Notes: generated from the sequence alone by a model not told the origin. DNA of 63,619 nucleotides, filler included, from Diploschistes diacapsis (GCA_023645945.1; 10 parts of 10 records of this genome joined end to end with filler, not necessarily neighbours in it), one strand, 5' to 3'; numbered from the whole stretch's first letter, positions 48,714 through 63,619 are shown. Translations and numbers: made by a program.

Positions 48714-49626
48714 GGTTGATCTTTGTTATATCACTGTAAAAGTGTGAAGGTGTGGAACAGCGACAGTATGAAGCGAGCTTCTGTCCTATTCTTTTAGATT
48801 TTAGATATTGAGCAGGCAGTCATTTATTTCATAAAGAACGTGTCCGGCCCAGACGTCATGATGTCGAAAAATTGGGTCAACTGGAGTTTTTGAAAAGAAT
48901 TGGGAAGAGCATTCTGAGCTGGGTATCATAGATATATCTCTTACTATTTCCAATTAACCAATTGGTCATCTTGATCCCACAGCTTGAATATACATTGAAT
49001 ATACACTGTAAATACTATCCAGTTTAGTATTCTTCTTCTAGCTTTGCGGGTTTTTCTCTTTTACTCAGCAACCTTCGATTGGCTGTACCGAGATAAAGGC
49101 ACGGTACCTCGGAGAAAGATTCTGTATCAATGGTATAGTATCCTAAAATGGGTTTAAAGAATCAAGAAGAAGCTGTAGGTAGCCTAGGAACTTATTCAGA
49201 GCTTAAAATACTGAATGATATTTTAATTAAATTAACCCGAGGGTAAAATCGTATAGATACATGGAACACAGAGAAAGCCCTTGCCAATTAAAATTCGTCG
49301 ATTACGATTACCAAAAGTATTCAATCGAAGTACATCTGGAACGCAATAAATAGTATGTGTCTTTATTGCATGAAAGGATCGTTTCGTAAAGTAACCACTG
49401 CTATACTTGGAAGAGTGTGATGATAAAAGTGGTTCATGTAATTCTCGGTCTATAAAAAATGGATTTGACTCATCGGCATCTTTCTAACTCCTAAAGATGC
49501 TGCAAGAGATGCAGAAAACTTGTCGTTCAATGTGACGAACATTGTTGCCATTTCGTTGCGGCCAACTATTGGGCCTTTTCCCTGTCAGCCTACATCTAAT
49601 TCATAGCCAAGGTGATAGCCGCTGGG

Positions 49627-51274
49627 ATGGGACAATCGGCCTCTGCAAATCCCACAGGTGGAGCAGATGGTGCAACTGAACCTCAAAAGTCTCATTATGA
49701 GGTGCTTGGCGTTGAACGCACTGCTACAGATGATAAGTAAGGGAACTCCCTCCATGCGAAGCCTGCTAATCACCAACAGCATCAAAAAGGCATACAGGCG
49801 GAAGGCCTTGGAACTCCATCCAGATCGGAACTACGGTAACGTAGAGCATGCCACGCGCCAGTTTGCAGAGGTGCAAACTGCGTATGAGATTCTATCAGAT
49901 CCACACGAACGGGCATGGTACGATTCCCATCAGAACGTTGTTTATGGAGAGGGTGATGGAGGTCTCGAAGAGCACTTCCAACGCAACGTGAAGGTCACCA
50001 CATCCGAAGACATTGCGAAGATGTGTCTGAACAGGAACGTCTTTTCCGATTTCTCAGACTCGCCGTCTGGTTTCTACGCCACGGTGCGGCAGGTCTTCGA
50101 TAGATTAGCCCTCGAAGAGAGCGTAGCATGTGAACTGAAAGATGTAGGCTCGAACGAGTACCCTTCATTTGGTTCTGCAAACGATACGTATGAAGACGTT
50201 GTTAAGCCATTCTACTCCGCATGGTTGCATTTTAACACCCAAAAAAGTTTCATATGGAAAGATGTGTACCGCTACAGTGAGGCTCCTGATCGACGCTCAA
50301 GGCGCATGATGGAGAAGGAGAATAGGAAGTCCAGAGAGGAAGGTATTAAAGACTTTAATCAGGCTGTCAGAACATTAGTCGGGTTTGTCAAGAAGCGAGA
50401 CCCAAGGTACACCCCGCAAAACCAAACAGACGCACAACGACACAGGTCAATGCGGGAGAATGGCGCTGCTCAAGCCGCGCAGGCTCGTGCCGCAAACCAG
50501 GCAAAGCTTGCTGATTTTGAACTACCTGAGTGGGCCAAAGCTGAAAACGAGGGCGAGCTGGAGACTCAAGGGACATCGGATGAGGAACCTCGAGAGCACT
50601 TCGAGTGCATCATATGCAAAAAGACGTTCAAAAGTGAGAAACAGTATGAAGCACACGAACAGAGTAAAAAGCATATCAAAGCCACCCAACGGCTCAGGAG
50701 GCAAATGCAGCGGGAAAACAAGGCTCTAGGTCTTGATACAGATGCGGAAGATCTCAGCCCATCAGTGCATGAGGGCAATGATCTCTACGAGGATGCTAGA
50801 CTTGTACAGGGCGCGCAGGCAACACCCAAGACAGAAGGCGAAGCTCTGAATTCAGCAGAGAAGATAGAAGGGATGCATGAGGATGCGCCAGCAATCCTAA
50901 CTAGAACTCAACATGCGCCCCCAAACAATATGACTGTAGACTCATCAGCCGACACAGATGAGGACTACGCGCCCCGGACGCAGGTGGAACGACGAGTGCG
51001 TGGAAAATCAGGTGACGCAGCCCAAGAGGAAATCAACGACCTTAGTGCCCACGGAACACGGCCAGTCGCATCCGATGCTCGACCGGGAAAGTTGGGGAAG
51101 GCCAAAGCGAAACGAGCAAAGAAAGCTGCGAAGACATCAGAGGCAGAGACAAAGTGTGCAACATGCCAAGCCACTTTTTCATCGAAAACTAAACTGTTCA
51201 GCCATATCAAAGAGCTCCGGCATGCTCAACCTATGGAAAAACCGATTACTGGCAAGAAGATTCCGCAACGATAG
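49627..51274 (+). CDS. JJJ1: J-domain/C2H2 protein Jjj1 (DNAJC21)
   Basis: ATG 49627 (HYEVLGV), intron ~49737-49779, [17 protein letters not shown], two C2H2 fingers (CIIC..HEQSKKH; CATC..H...H). Confidence 0.92.
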
Positions 51275-51377
51275 GAAGTGATTGAGCAGAACATGTACAA
51301 GACCCTGGATAAGATATCATACAGAGCATATTTACAGCATCGCCAATTAACCCGTCCATCATTGTCCAGATTTCAGG

Positions 51378-53394
51378 CTACAGAAGCATCTTTCTTGGAT
51401 CTTCGATGAATTCTTTGACCTGGTCCAAGTTAGCGTGTCCCGGGAATGTTGACACGAGTCATAATGTTCGCTAACCTTTACGAGGAAAGTGACGGCTTCC
51501 CTGCCATCAAGCAAGCGATGGTCGTAGGTAAGTGCGAGATACATCATCTAAGAAAATATTAGTGGTGTGACTTTGCCCAGATGGAGCACTGCATACGGGT
51601 CGAATTTCTACTTTCCCATTGATGGCCATGGGTTTCTCTTTGATAGCATGCAGTCCCAACACGGCTATTTGTGATTAGCTTTCAGCTTCTGCGAGGAAAC
51701 AGGAGCCCTGAACTACCTGTTTGTGGAAGGTTGATGATTGGTGTCCCCATCAAGGAACCAAAGACGCCGCCCTGTGCTTGTTAGACGGTTGATGCGACTG
51801 TGGGCTATGACAAACATTGCTGATAGTGAAGGTTCCGCCTGCCATATCCTCAATGGTCAACTTATTGTCCCGAGCCTAGAGCAAGTGAGTAGAAAGGCCC
51901 TCATCTGGTTAGAACGAGCATTCGGGTTACCTTCTTGCCAAGGTCCGCAATAGCCTTTTCGATGCCTACGAGATCGAGAGACTCGGAGTTGCGAACGACA
52001 GGAGTAACAAGGCCTTTCTCGGTCGCTACCGCGACGCTGATGTCCACGTAATCGCGATACACAATCGTATCGCCGCCATTCGGACCCTCGATTGAAGCAT
52101 TGACCGCAGGAATATCCTTCATAGCTAGGACGCAGGCACGGGAAAAAGCACTCATGAAGCCTAGCTTTACACCAGTCTTCTTCAGAATTTCGTCTTTGTA
52201 GAGCTTGCGGAACTCCATGATGGAAGACATGTCTACCTCATTGAAGGTCGTGAGTGATGCGGCTGTGTTCTGTGACTGCTTCAAGCGTTCAGCGATGCGC
52301 AAACGCATCCGGTTCATCTTGACCTTTCATCCTTGTAAGTATGTAAGCAACTAGCAGTGTATTTCAACAACATACCCTGCGTTCTTCTCTCGATCCGATT
52401 ACGGACTGTGGAGACGTCTGCTGAGACTCCTGTTTCGGTTGCTCCTGTTTCGGTTGCTCCTGTTTCGGCTGCTCCTGTTTCGGCTGCTTCGGTTCCGGCC
52501 TGGAAGGTTCGGGGGTTTTGGGGGGTGAATTTGAGGCTAGAGTTTCTTGCTTTGGAGGACTTGCCTCCGGCTGCGGAGTTGAAGATTTCTTGGGGGTCTC
52601 CTCATGCTTCTCTTCTGCCGCAGGTTGCTGTTTCGTAGAGTCTTGTGCAGGTTCCTTATCGGAAGTCGCTTCCTGTTCTTTCGGAGTCGATTCTTTAGAT
52701 TGTGAGCTTGCTGCTTCATTGGAAGGTTCGCCGCCGGGCTGCATCTTCGCTATTTCTTGGCCAACGGTAACCGTGTCCTCTTCTTTTACTAGTAGCTCCT
52801 TAATCGTCCCAGCTTCTGGTGCGTTTACAGCAACATCAATCTAGAGTTTCGTCAGGCCAGTTCAAATAGCAAGGTAAAAGAGTGCACCTTGTCCGTCTCG
52901 ATAGTTGCGACCTCCTCGTCCTGTTCGACATAGTCTCCGACCTCTATTGCAGGTGTGAGTTAGGGAGAAGCTACCCAATACTGCCGAAAGGGACGACTAA
53001 CGCTTGGACCATTGCTTCAGGGTACCCTCGGATATCGATTCGGCCATGGTAGGGACCTTGATTGCTTGATCGGCTGGCGTTGGGTCAAAAGGGATTTCAC
53101 TGCTTGCTCGTAGGCTCGCTCACCATAGCTTCGTCGCTGCAGCACCGAAGGATCATTATTACCGAAGAGTGATTGGGTCCTCGATTTTGGTCTAACCCTT
53201 CATGAGCTCCGCGATTCAGGATGTCAATGTATGGGTGGGTACCTGAAGCTTAGTTTTTGTGTGAAGAAGACAGTATTGCATAGTGACCTAGATCCCAATG
53301 CCGCGTAGCTGTGTGGTTTGCGATATTTGGATCTGGTGGCCATGGGCCTTGTCAAGCCCGTGACCACTCTTTTCCACCCATGCGCGGCCAACAT
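51378..53394 (-). CDS. KGD2: 2-oxoglutarate dehydrogenase E2 (dihydrolipoamide succinyltransferase)
   Basis: [20 protein letters not shown] lipoyl motif, [28 protein letters not shown]; many introns; PKQEQ tandem repeat in the linker. Confidence 0.95.
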
Positions 53395-53845
53395 TGTCGC
53401 TGTAGCCTATACTAGACACCCAACAGGCACGATAAAGGGTCCTACAGCTTCAATGAGATAGAGCAAGAACAACCCTTTGCAGGTGCACAGTAGAAACAGA
53501 AGGACCTAGATATTGACCAGCTTTCAAGTTGCCAAAACAAAAAGGTGGCGCAGGGGTGGATATACCTTGCGCATATAAATCATATACTAACGATGTAGAC
53601 CGGTAAACATAAAACGTAGCTTATGTATATGACCAATTACCTGGCAACAAACGACGGAAAAAAACCGAACGCTAGCATGGAAGCGCGGTCAAGTCTTGAC
53701 AACTTGAGCGTACCAACCTAGTAGTAGCCTGTTTCGACCCCTTCCAACCAACTTGTAGATATCCATTGTTGCCCCGGTCCCCGCTGGCCGCATCATCATA
53801 CGTTGCTCTTCGTCCCATATCTACATAGCTATCACAGCCGTGAAA

Positions 53846-54388
53846 ATGTCAATGACGACCAAGCAGACAGTCACGTAAGTCACACTACTACGCGTTGTCC
53901 ACTTGTTTCACGTGCGTGCTCGGGTTGCTCATCTCCCCCGGGACAGTTCATTATACAGACGATGCCTCAAGCTTTCGCTGGACTGGGCCGTCCAACGGAG
54001 TGTTTGGCGAGGTCAGGCGCAATACATTCGGTCTCTCTTCGACGCAAACAAGCACATCAGAGAGCCGCGGAAGCAGCGCGTAAGCACGATGTTTTCGAGA
54101 TCGCAGGTATCAAGCAGAAGCTAAATCCTGCACCCTGGAACAGGCTCTCTACGAAGAGACAGAAGCGCTGCTCGACAAATGGAAGCATCCCGATCCGTAT
54201 CGACCGCCCACGGCTCCGGGAGGTTCGTTTTGACTGGCTTGCTTCGTTCTCCTGCATGTCTGACCTTTTTTCTAGGCTCCAAGTACGAGCGCAATCTCCC
54301 GCCTCCAATACTCGATCGTGAGCTTTGCTGCCTTTCATGATTTTCCATTTGCTGAGCTTGCACAGCCCCTCCACGCATGACACTTTAA
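53846..54388 (+). CDS. NDUFB9: Complex I LYR subunit NDUFB9 (B22)
   Basis: Spliced product contains SLYRRCLKLSLDW...WKHPDPYRPPTAPGG/SKYERN; four GT-AG introns. Confidence 0.9.
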
Positions 54389-54691
54389 CCTGAGATGCTG
54401 GGCCATTCGAGCTAGTATGCCACAGATTTTTGAAAACAGGTTCAGCGGACGCAAAAAGGGTTACAGCTCACGCCGTCACGGGAGGCGAAAATGGAAGCTC
54501 TCGTTGCTTGGATCTTAAACCGTCCGCGTAACGGCTCCACAGACATAGAGCATTGAGACAAGTTGATGTTTGAGCGTCAGCGCATCTGTCAGGGATAGCA
54601 GGAGGAAATTACTAGCGCAACAATTCTCATGGATGTAGTTTCCAAACTTGGCGCAAGCGCAAGCGATGGAATTTAAAATGCGTTTAATTCA

Positions 54692-55469
<778 letters not shown>

Positions 55470-56062
55470 TTTGAAGTGAGAATTTGATGTAGATGGGAAG
55501 ACGGGGTTGGTAAATGGATTGGCTTGTTAAGTTGGGAGGTAAACGTCGTCAGCAGTGTCTGTCTTTGATGCGAGCAAAGATGATGAAAGAAAGAAAGAGG
55601 AAGTGGGCGACGATAGCGAGATTAAGTAGTGACGGGAGGGGAGATTGATGATTTTGCGGGCAGTCGGGGACGCGGGTGGTCCGTCACCTAATCTGTGGCA
55701 GGTATACTAGGATCGACGCGCACAAAGGTTTTGTTATTGATATGGCTTAGCCAACTAGTACGTGATTTATTGGCCGGGGGTTGGCCGGGGGTACAGGCTA
55801 AGCCGCTGTTAAATAAATAACGTACAACTAAGTTACACCAACGCGTTTACTGCGTACTAATCTTGTTCCAGAATCACCAATTATACCGCCGACTACAAAT
55901 TCTTGCCCGCACCCGCTGCTCTTCATACTTTCTTTCTTCTTACATCTATCTCCATCCACATCAAGGTACAGCTCCCAGCACCCATATCGCTGCGAAAAAC
56001 TATTTCTCGAATCCTCTCGACTTGAATCCCATCTACGAGTCCTCCACTTTTAACCCATCAAT
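55470..56062. promoter_or_regulatory. Bidirectional H2A-H2B promoter
   Basis: Head-to-head histone pair; MCB-type ACGCGT at 55841-55846, further ACGCG cores, duplicated TGGCCGGGGG near 55771-55791. Confidence 0.65.
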
Positions 56063-56675
<613 letters not shown>

Positions 56676-57005
56676 ATGCGGCAATGACATGCATTTTTCT
56701 GTGGTACTTGAGGCTGGTTGGTATTGGGGTGAATATCCGGTAGGGGGGTCCATCACGGTGTTCTTGGGTGTGCTTTTAACGTGGTCATGGGACGGACACT
56801 ACGGTGCCATATGCTTGCACGGTTTTGCCTAATTTGGGCGAGCTCTGCTGTACAGTAACAGATTCAAGAAGCTTTGACATGACCTCCTCATTTTCCTTAA
56901 TCATCCGTGGCTGTGTCCTACCATGAACGCTAACCGAGTTCACATGAATCACAATCAAGCAATTGTTAAAAGGAAAGGCATTGGATCCCTATCCATCAAT
57001 AGCAA

Positions 57006-58521
57006 CTACAAGGGCGTTCGAATGTTAAGAAATTCGCCATCTCCCTCATCGTCGTCATTGTCTTCGTCGTCGTCGTCATCAAGGATTTCAACTTCATCTA
57101 CGGCTCCATCTCGTTCGCCTGCTGGAAAAACTGGCTCCTTGGCGCCAATGTGCAGAACTGGCTTGCCAGGAACATTGCTCATCTCCTTCCGCCATGCCTT
57201 CCAATCCGCCTCATCCCTTATCAAGAAGGCAAGCAGCATACTGGGATCCATTTGATCAAGGTGAAGACGACGCAGCCTACGTGTATGACAAGAGCTTACA
57301 TCTTCTTCGGAGTAATCATCCATGTGGGTGTAATAAGGCACCATTTGCCGTGTGTGGTGTGGGTCGAGGTAGAAAAAGTTGTCACCTTGGATGCCAACAA
57401 AGTAATGTGATGATGACGGTCGCCCCCTAGCAATTGGTTAGATGGATGACATGATACAATGGTTGGACTTTACATACCCTGCAATGCCTACTGACTGGGG
57501 GAGTTGTAACGACCGTTTCAACGCCTCCCAGTAGACTGGAGTGACACGATCTATGCCGAGCCTAATGCCTACAAGGACCAAAACTGGGTGAAATTTACCA
57601 TCCCCACCTCGAGCTAGACGCAACAAGGTATCTTCATAAACATCGGGGCCATCGCCGTTGACATAAACCTTGAGATCGAAAGTTTGGTCGTTTTGTGATA
57701 GGGCCCTGGCACGTTAACGTTAACGTGAGCGCTACTTCTAGCAAGCAAATATACATACTGTATACACCTTGACGTTGCAGATGGACCAAACCACTCCCCT
57801 GGGTGCTTTCCACAGGCTAACGCCCCGTGCTCAACGAAGCGATGAATTGAGAAGGGGGCTCGGGGATCGTCGGCGAACAGAGAAATAATTTGACATTCTT
57901 CCTTCAATTTCATGCCCCTCCTCCAGTCTTTACTTGCCGTCAATAGTGAACTAGCGAGGTATGGAATGAGGCCTTACCCCTTCCGAGCTGCAGCATGGCT
58001 AAAGCGTTTGCGACCAAACACTGACCAGAGCGTATCATGCAACCCCATCCAGTATCTGAAGTGAAACCCCCCTGCTCAACAAGTTGGCTGCGTAATCGAA
58101 CGGCTAGCGTAAGTGACGACCCGGCAATGGGATCTGTTGACTTCTTGATGGATGCGAAGTGTGACCGATAAGAGAACCAAAAGCGGGCTTCAAAGTCGTC
58201 TAGAAAATCTGCCGGCCAGCTCCGTCCGTCCTCGTCTGCTATCGCGTCTATCTTCCGGGACTTCGTGGGGTCATCGTCCGCTCCTTCGTCCATTCGTACG
58301 GCATTCTGGCGGTTCTGTGTAGCCACCTCTGCAACATCGGCTTCCTGCCTCTTTCCAACCGCTTTATTCGAGGTATTTATCTGTGTCCTGTCCGCGTCCG
58401 CTGAATACTGGCGCCCAAGACACCATATGGGATTCATCGCCGGATCATCGTTCTTAGGCTCGGGGTCCCAAAAATAGCGTACAAATTTCTTGTAGTGAGC
58501 TCCGAAATCGACATTTGCCAT
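57006..58521 (-). CDS. ATG4: Autophagy cysteine protease Atg4
   Basis: [13 protein letters not shown] (Cys), GEWFGPS, QSVGIAG, FYLDPH (Asp/His), MDPSML. Confidence 0.95.
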
Positions 58522-59009
58522 ATCACCGAGAGCACTTCGCTAGGGAAGTATTGGTTTCAGCACATCTAGTTGCAGGTATTAGACATGCTTTGTTTCGATA
58601 ACTAGACATAGCCCCGTGATGATTCAAGAAGACCCAAAATGGCCTTTCAATATGCCACTATGTCACTAGAATGGGGAATACAAGCGACCTTTTCTACTTA
58701 ACATCAATGAAGCTATACTTTTGGCACCCACAGCACCGACGCAGATGATTTTATCTTCAGGGCTGGTGAGGTCCGATTTTCCAATCCGTTTGGCTTCAGA
58801 GCAAGTATGACTGGTCAGGCGTGAGGTCAACAGCTCGCAACAAAGACCTTCTCTGACATTGAGCATGGATTCCGCGATGAAGTAGGTATTGCGCCTTACG
58901 ATACTACGTTTTAGGTCACAAAAATAGGTTGTAAAAGGTCGTTGGTCAAGATGCTTCAGAAACCCCAGGTGCGCCCCACCCCCTATAAAAAGGAATAGGG
59001 CTGAAAAAT

Positions 59010-59173
59010 TGTAACAGCGGGGGGAAGTGCCTAATAGGTAGCGCTATCCCACTGAGCCAAAAGACTAACCACAATGCTTTCAGGAACCCCGAAGCACTGT
59101 TTCCCTATTACACTATATGTAGGTGCGTGGCTGTGGCAGTAGGTGGCAGATGTGTAACCCCGCAGGCCTTACA
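59010..59173 (-). mobile_element. 164-bp solo LTR (short-LTR family) with 5-bp TSD AAAAT
   Basis: TGTAACA...CTTACA flanked by AAAAT at 59005-59009 and 59174-59178; homologous to 7142-7299. Confidence 0.9.
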
Positions 59174-60986
59174 AAAATAACGATAAGCATATTTCAAACT
59201 TTTATTTATACATTTCGGTGTTTTGCTAAAGCGTTATTGAATCCTTTTCGTAGCGCTGTATATTATGGAGGATGCTACCATGCTAACGTTTTATTTAAAA
59301 ATCTATTTACGGTCATCATCATTGCTGTGAAACAGTTTAACCTAAGAATCGGTCAAGACCGTTAAGGCTTACAGTCACGTCCCAAAAGTAATGGTCCCTC
59401 CACCAAAACACACCAAAATTTTCGCATTTCAGGAAGCTCCCAACTCATCAATTAAAGGTTTTAGGAATTGAAAAGATTATAAAAGACATTTAAAACTACG
59501 CTCAATATATATNNNNNNNNNNNNNNNNNNNNNNNNNNNNNNNNNNNNNNNNNNNNTTAATTAATTAANNNNNNNNNNNNNNNNNNNNNNNNNNNNNNNN
59601 NNNNNNNNNNNNGGATGGATGGGGGTTTGTGGATTGGGAGAGGGGATATGGTCGAGATCCCCATTGCTGCATGTGAAATAGCCAGGTTCTGTGCTTCGTA
59701 TTTGAGTAGCCTAGCGTTCTTTTCGTCCTGATCGCCCGGCCCCCCCCTATGGCGTCGCATTCTTATTGATTTGCCGTGGGATGGGGGTTGCGCGAGCGAA
59801 ATTTGTTCTAATTTGGGTTTTTTGTTTAGAGGTCGCGCAAGCTCAGCTGTCGGCTGCGGCACAACAACGGTTCTGCCTTTCATTTCGCAGACTCCTCCTG
59901 GTGGATTAGTGGGGGCCGGTTGGTCCATGTTTTATATTATCTACGGTATACGGTACTGAGGCTTCTACCTACCACGCTATTCGATTTGGAACAGAAAAAA
60001 AGAAAAGAAAAGATTTGGCTCGGTTACGAGGATGCGCTTGATTTGAATCGGATTTTAATGAAGCTCTTTTTCCGTTCTTATCAAGTAACAGATTCTCTCT
60101 CCCCGTAGCCCTAGCCACTATGGTAAATGCGCAGCTGTGGCCCGACAAGTTGGTGTCGAGCGGGCAGGTCGACCAGCGACACATTGTCCGCTTCTCGTGT
60201 GCCCACTGCACTTGCCCACCCAAACCTCCATTTCCCTCGTCAAAGTCTCCTTCCTCGTAGATCAATCCTTACTCTGACCACTACCCCTGCCGAGACCCGC
60301 ATCCGTCGACCGGCGACTTTGCTCGTACCATCCCAACCCGTGTCTCAGCTCAGCTCAAGCGAACTGTGGATTTCTTCGCTTCGTGAGCGTTTATGTTGGG
60401 CCAGGCAAGGCATCTTGCTACAAACATCGGCGAGCGGAGGGCGTGTTCCAGCGCCTCGGACCCGAGCTGCCTGTTTGTTGATCCGTTCGTATGTTAGATG
60501 AGCCAGGCGGATGGGTAGGGGCAAATCGAGCCAGCGGATGCACCTTGTTTCTTTCTTTTCTCTGGGACTGTAGAGATGGGTGCTGGAGGTGCGATAGATG
60601 CCGGATGCAGGATGCTGGGTGTTGGGTATGGGGCCGACCGGCGGCAGGTGTTTCAATGTCGTTGGGTTGTTGGCCACGCTGAGCCTGCTATTGCGTCCGA
60701 AGTTTGATGGGCGGCGATTGTTCAGCTGCGGCCGCAGGTAGCTTCATTGTGTGCGGAGATAAACAAAGCAAGTCTCTGTAAGGCGAGAAGCATTGCTGCG
60801 TCTGCAGACGTGCTGTCGTGGTCCAGCCAGCAGCTCCGCCGCTCATTTTCTCTCCTTCTGGTATTTTCACCCAGTTCTTATTCGATCAATACCGTGCTCC
60901 AGCCATCTCTGAGTGTTCTAGTAACGAAGCCAGCCCTGTCACGGTTCCTCCAATCGCATCATCCACAATATATCGAGATTGATACC

Positions 60987-61577
60987 TCAGAAGCTAGGCA
61001 CTCCGTTCCTAACGTCCCGTGCTTGCGGTGCAAACTCGCGGAAATTTTCCAAGTTCCATGGCGCGCCGTTGGAGAGTTCCTGGAAGAGGGGTGCGGCGTG
61101 GAAGATTGTTTGGGTGGTAATGTGCGCGCTCGAGGCGGATTGGGTGGCGGAGGCGGGACTGCGAGGTTGGAGGGAGCGGACTAGAATCACTGCTGGGGGT
61201 CAGATGCATGTTTTGTCGAAGAGACTGGGCAGAGGGGAGAAAACGAGGGCCGGAAATGAAGGACATATGAATTGAGATGGAGAAGAGGAGAGAGTAGTGG
61301 ACAGTGAATAAGGACCAGGGGAATGAAGATAAGAGAATAAGGAAAGCATATTATAGAGGAAAAAGTAGATAAGACAAGCAAAGGAAAAGTAGAGGATAAG
61401 TTAGAGAAACAAAGTGTAAGACAAGAGAAAAGAGACGATTAATGAAAGTGGAGTATGGCATGCGCGAAAGGAATGAGACAATAATATGCGAGGAACAGAA
61501 GGCTTACCTTGGCTAGCCGCGGAGACGAGGGCAGAGGAGAGAAGGAGAGCGGTAACTGTTGTACCTGAGAAGTACAT
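60987..61577 (-). CDS. Predicted 87-aa secreted protein (two exons)
   Basis: Exon 61577-61508 encodes a signal-peptide-like MYFSGTTVTALLLSSALVSAASQ; GTAAGC donor, CTGAC branch point and TAG acceptor at 61181 splice in frame to exon 61180-60987. Confidence 0.6.
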
Positions 61578-62700
61578 GGTGAAGGTTCGAAACGTGAGGA
61601 AAAGTAGGAGAAGCTTGACAGAAACAGGAATTGGCCGCTGAAGAAGCTCGAGGGCGAATGCGAAGCAAATATCTTCCAATTTGCTAAGAGAAGGAGATGG
61701 CGAGTAAGAGATTAGGAATTATGCAATAGGAAACGAAGTGAGAGGCTCCCAGCGCCGAAGGAAACACAGAGAAACCCAAATAAGAACGACTACCGGAGTC
61801 GCAGAAAGGATATGGGAGAGGAAGCGGAAGGAGAGGCTGAGCGATGCAGACAGGCTGGCATGAGAAGAAAGCTCTCAACAATGGCAGATGCTGGGGAATA
61901 TATGCTCGAGTATCCCCTACAGGTATGGACAACGACAACATTGACAATAACTTGTTCCATGTTCTTCTTTAGAGTTCCTGCTGTTGTTTCAACACGGATT
62001 TTATCGACGATGCATAGAAGTGTATGAAGAAGTGTGTGCTACGGGGTTGGTGATGGAGGCGGTGCTGTGCTTTGAAATAGGGCCAGCCTTAGGGAAACCT
62101 GGGATTGTGGGACTTTTTCCCGCCATTGGTAGAAGACTCGCCTGAGTTCCCCAATTGAGTGGCAACTCCTGAGTGGAGGTTGGTTGGAAAGTAAACGAGG
62201 TTGCGCTGGAGCTCTGAAACTATGTGAGAGTAGTATTGCGAGTTGTTCACTAGATGGTAGATGGCAGATGGTAGATGAGTAGATGGTTGGATAGAGCAGG
62301 GATGAGACAGGATGATCACGACATGACATGGCATGACATGACATGCCAAGAAATCACATCATGACATGTTGGCATGCCAGCAAGCGGTGATGGGGCGTGA
62401 CAGCAAGCCACGAGCGTGACAACGAGCCACATCCAGCCCCTACCAGCCTCCCGCATCATAACAACTACTACTGCGGAACTTTTTCCATGCATTTGCTTCT
62501 GATATTGGGCGCCTTCCCATATAGCTTTGTAGTATCTTTAGCTTTGTATCTTTTCAATCTTTAAACTTTTAAACTTTCTTGTACATATACTTTTGTGCTG
62601 CTCTGAGACCTATCATCATTCTCGCTTTACAGCCGAGTTGTCAACACTATTCCACTGCCAGGATCCTGGCGCTCTCCCGCCGCATGCTCTTGCTGGACAG

Positions 62701-63619
62701 ATGCGCCCAAACAACCTTTTCTCCAATCCATGTGGATCTCTTGCAACCATCTTACTCATAGCAGTACTTAGCCCAAGTAATGCCGAACCGCAATGGCCGA
62801 ATGCGCCTCAGTCCCGCGACACCGCCCCAAGCATACCCAAACAGCGGTACGAGAACTCGAAGAGGTGGTATGCAGGCAACAGGCCAGTCGCAGTCCGAAA
62901 GATGAGCGCAGACGAGGGCGAGATGTTTTTTCACGAATACTGGGATTTCGCACCTCTCCCCCTTCCCTCCACGAACACCAATCCAGCAGGAAAAGGGGAG
63001 GACATATACACGTTCCTCAACTCCTCGCTTCTCCTCTCCCCGCTCCTCTCGCCGCCGGTTCTCCCACACTCTGACCCCCTCCCAAACCAACCGCTCGTCT
63101 TCCGCGCCCTCCACAAACGATCTTTCACCTGCCCAACAGGCACAAGCTCCTGCGCCTCCATTGGCGCCTCTTACGGTTGCTGTCCGACAGGCACCACATG
63201 CCAACTGAGCGGGAGCGGCGAGCTAGGGTGCTGTCCTGGAAGCGAGGCTAGCTGTAGCGGGAGCACTCCAACGCAGTGCGAGGCAGGGTATACGTCGTGC
63301 CCTCAGTTCCACGGAGGAAGCGGGTGCTGTCTGGAAGGGTTTACGTGCGAAAGCGACGGTTGTAAGTTGGCCCACCGTCCTCCCTAGGTCGAACACCTGG
63401 CCTAGAATCACGTGGAACTGGTTGCGCTAACGCGTACGACTCCAGGCGTCGCAGCATCAACAACCATTATCGTCGTCTCCTCTGTCGTGACCGTCACCGC
63501 ATCACCTACTTCCTCGCCCGCACCACCACCATCAACCTCGGACCCCCCACAAACCACCCCCTCTCCTTCTTCCTCTCCTTCTCCCTCTCCCTCTCCCTCT
63601 CCATCCACCACCTCTTCCC
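62701..63619 (+). CDS. Secreted Cys-rich, Ser/Thr/Pro-tailed (probably GPI-anchored) protein; 3'-truncated
   Basis: Hydrophobic N-terminus, VRKMSADEGEMFFHEYW, KR site, CP..C..CC..C..CC..C repeats, intron from ~63362, S/T/P-rich tail. Confidence 0.75.

Noticed and set aside
59613..59928. ORF MDQPAPTNPPGG... running into the gap
   Set aside because: Could be a gene N-terminus but is truncated and has no recognisable motif.
62253..62346. AGATGGT and ACATG short tandem repeats
   Set aside because: Ordinary short intergenic repeats.

Overview
Filamentous ascomycete (Pezizomycotina-type) nuclear DNA. It is not one locus: ten contigs are joined by nine artificial 100-nt linkers (N44-TTAATTAATTAA-N44), so adjacency across a linker has no biological meaning. 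The large 26.4-kb contig (33068-59512) is a compact, intron-containing housekeeping block: cystathionine gamma-synthase, UTP22, POM152, UCH37-like, FBXO21-like F-box, JJJ1, KGD2, NDUFB9, divergent H2A/H2B and ATG4. The ~4-kb contigs carry TRAPPC11, MIOS/SEA4, ISY1, MTG1, a PD-(D/E)XK-like protein, an orphan ORF, an SDR pseudogene, two secreted proteins and RIP-decayed repeats. The most notable structure is the retroelement layer. A Copia element with a half-tRNA-iMet-type primer site has a solo LTR nested in its 5' LTR, which itself contains a 158-bp solo LTR; both insertions have perfect 5-bp TSDs. That short-LTR family occurs three times in the window and folds into several hairpins on its sense strand. 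A hAT-like MITE and a PIF/Harbinger-like end are also present. All calls are from manual reading; no database searches were run.
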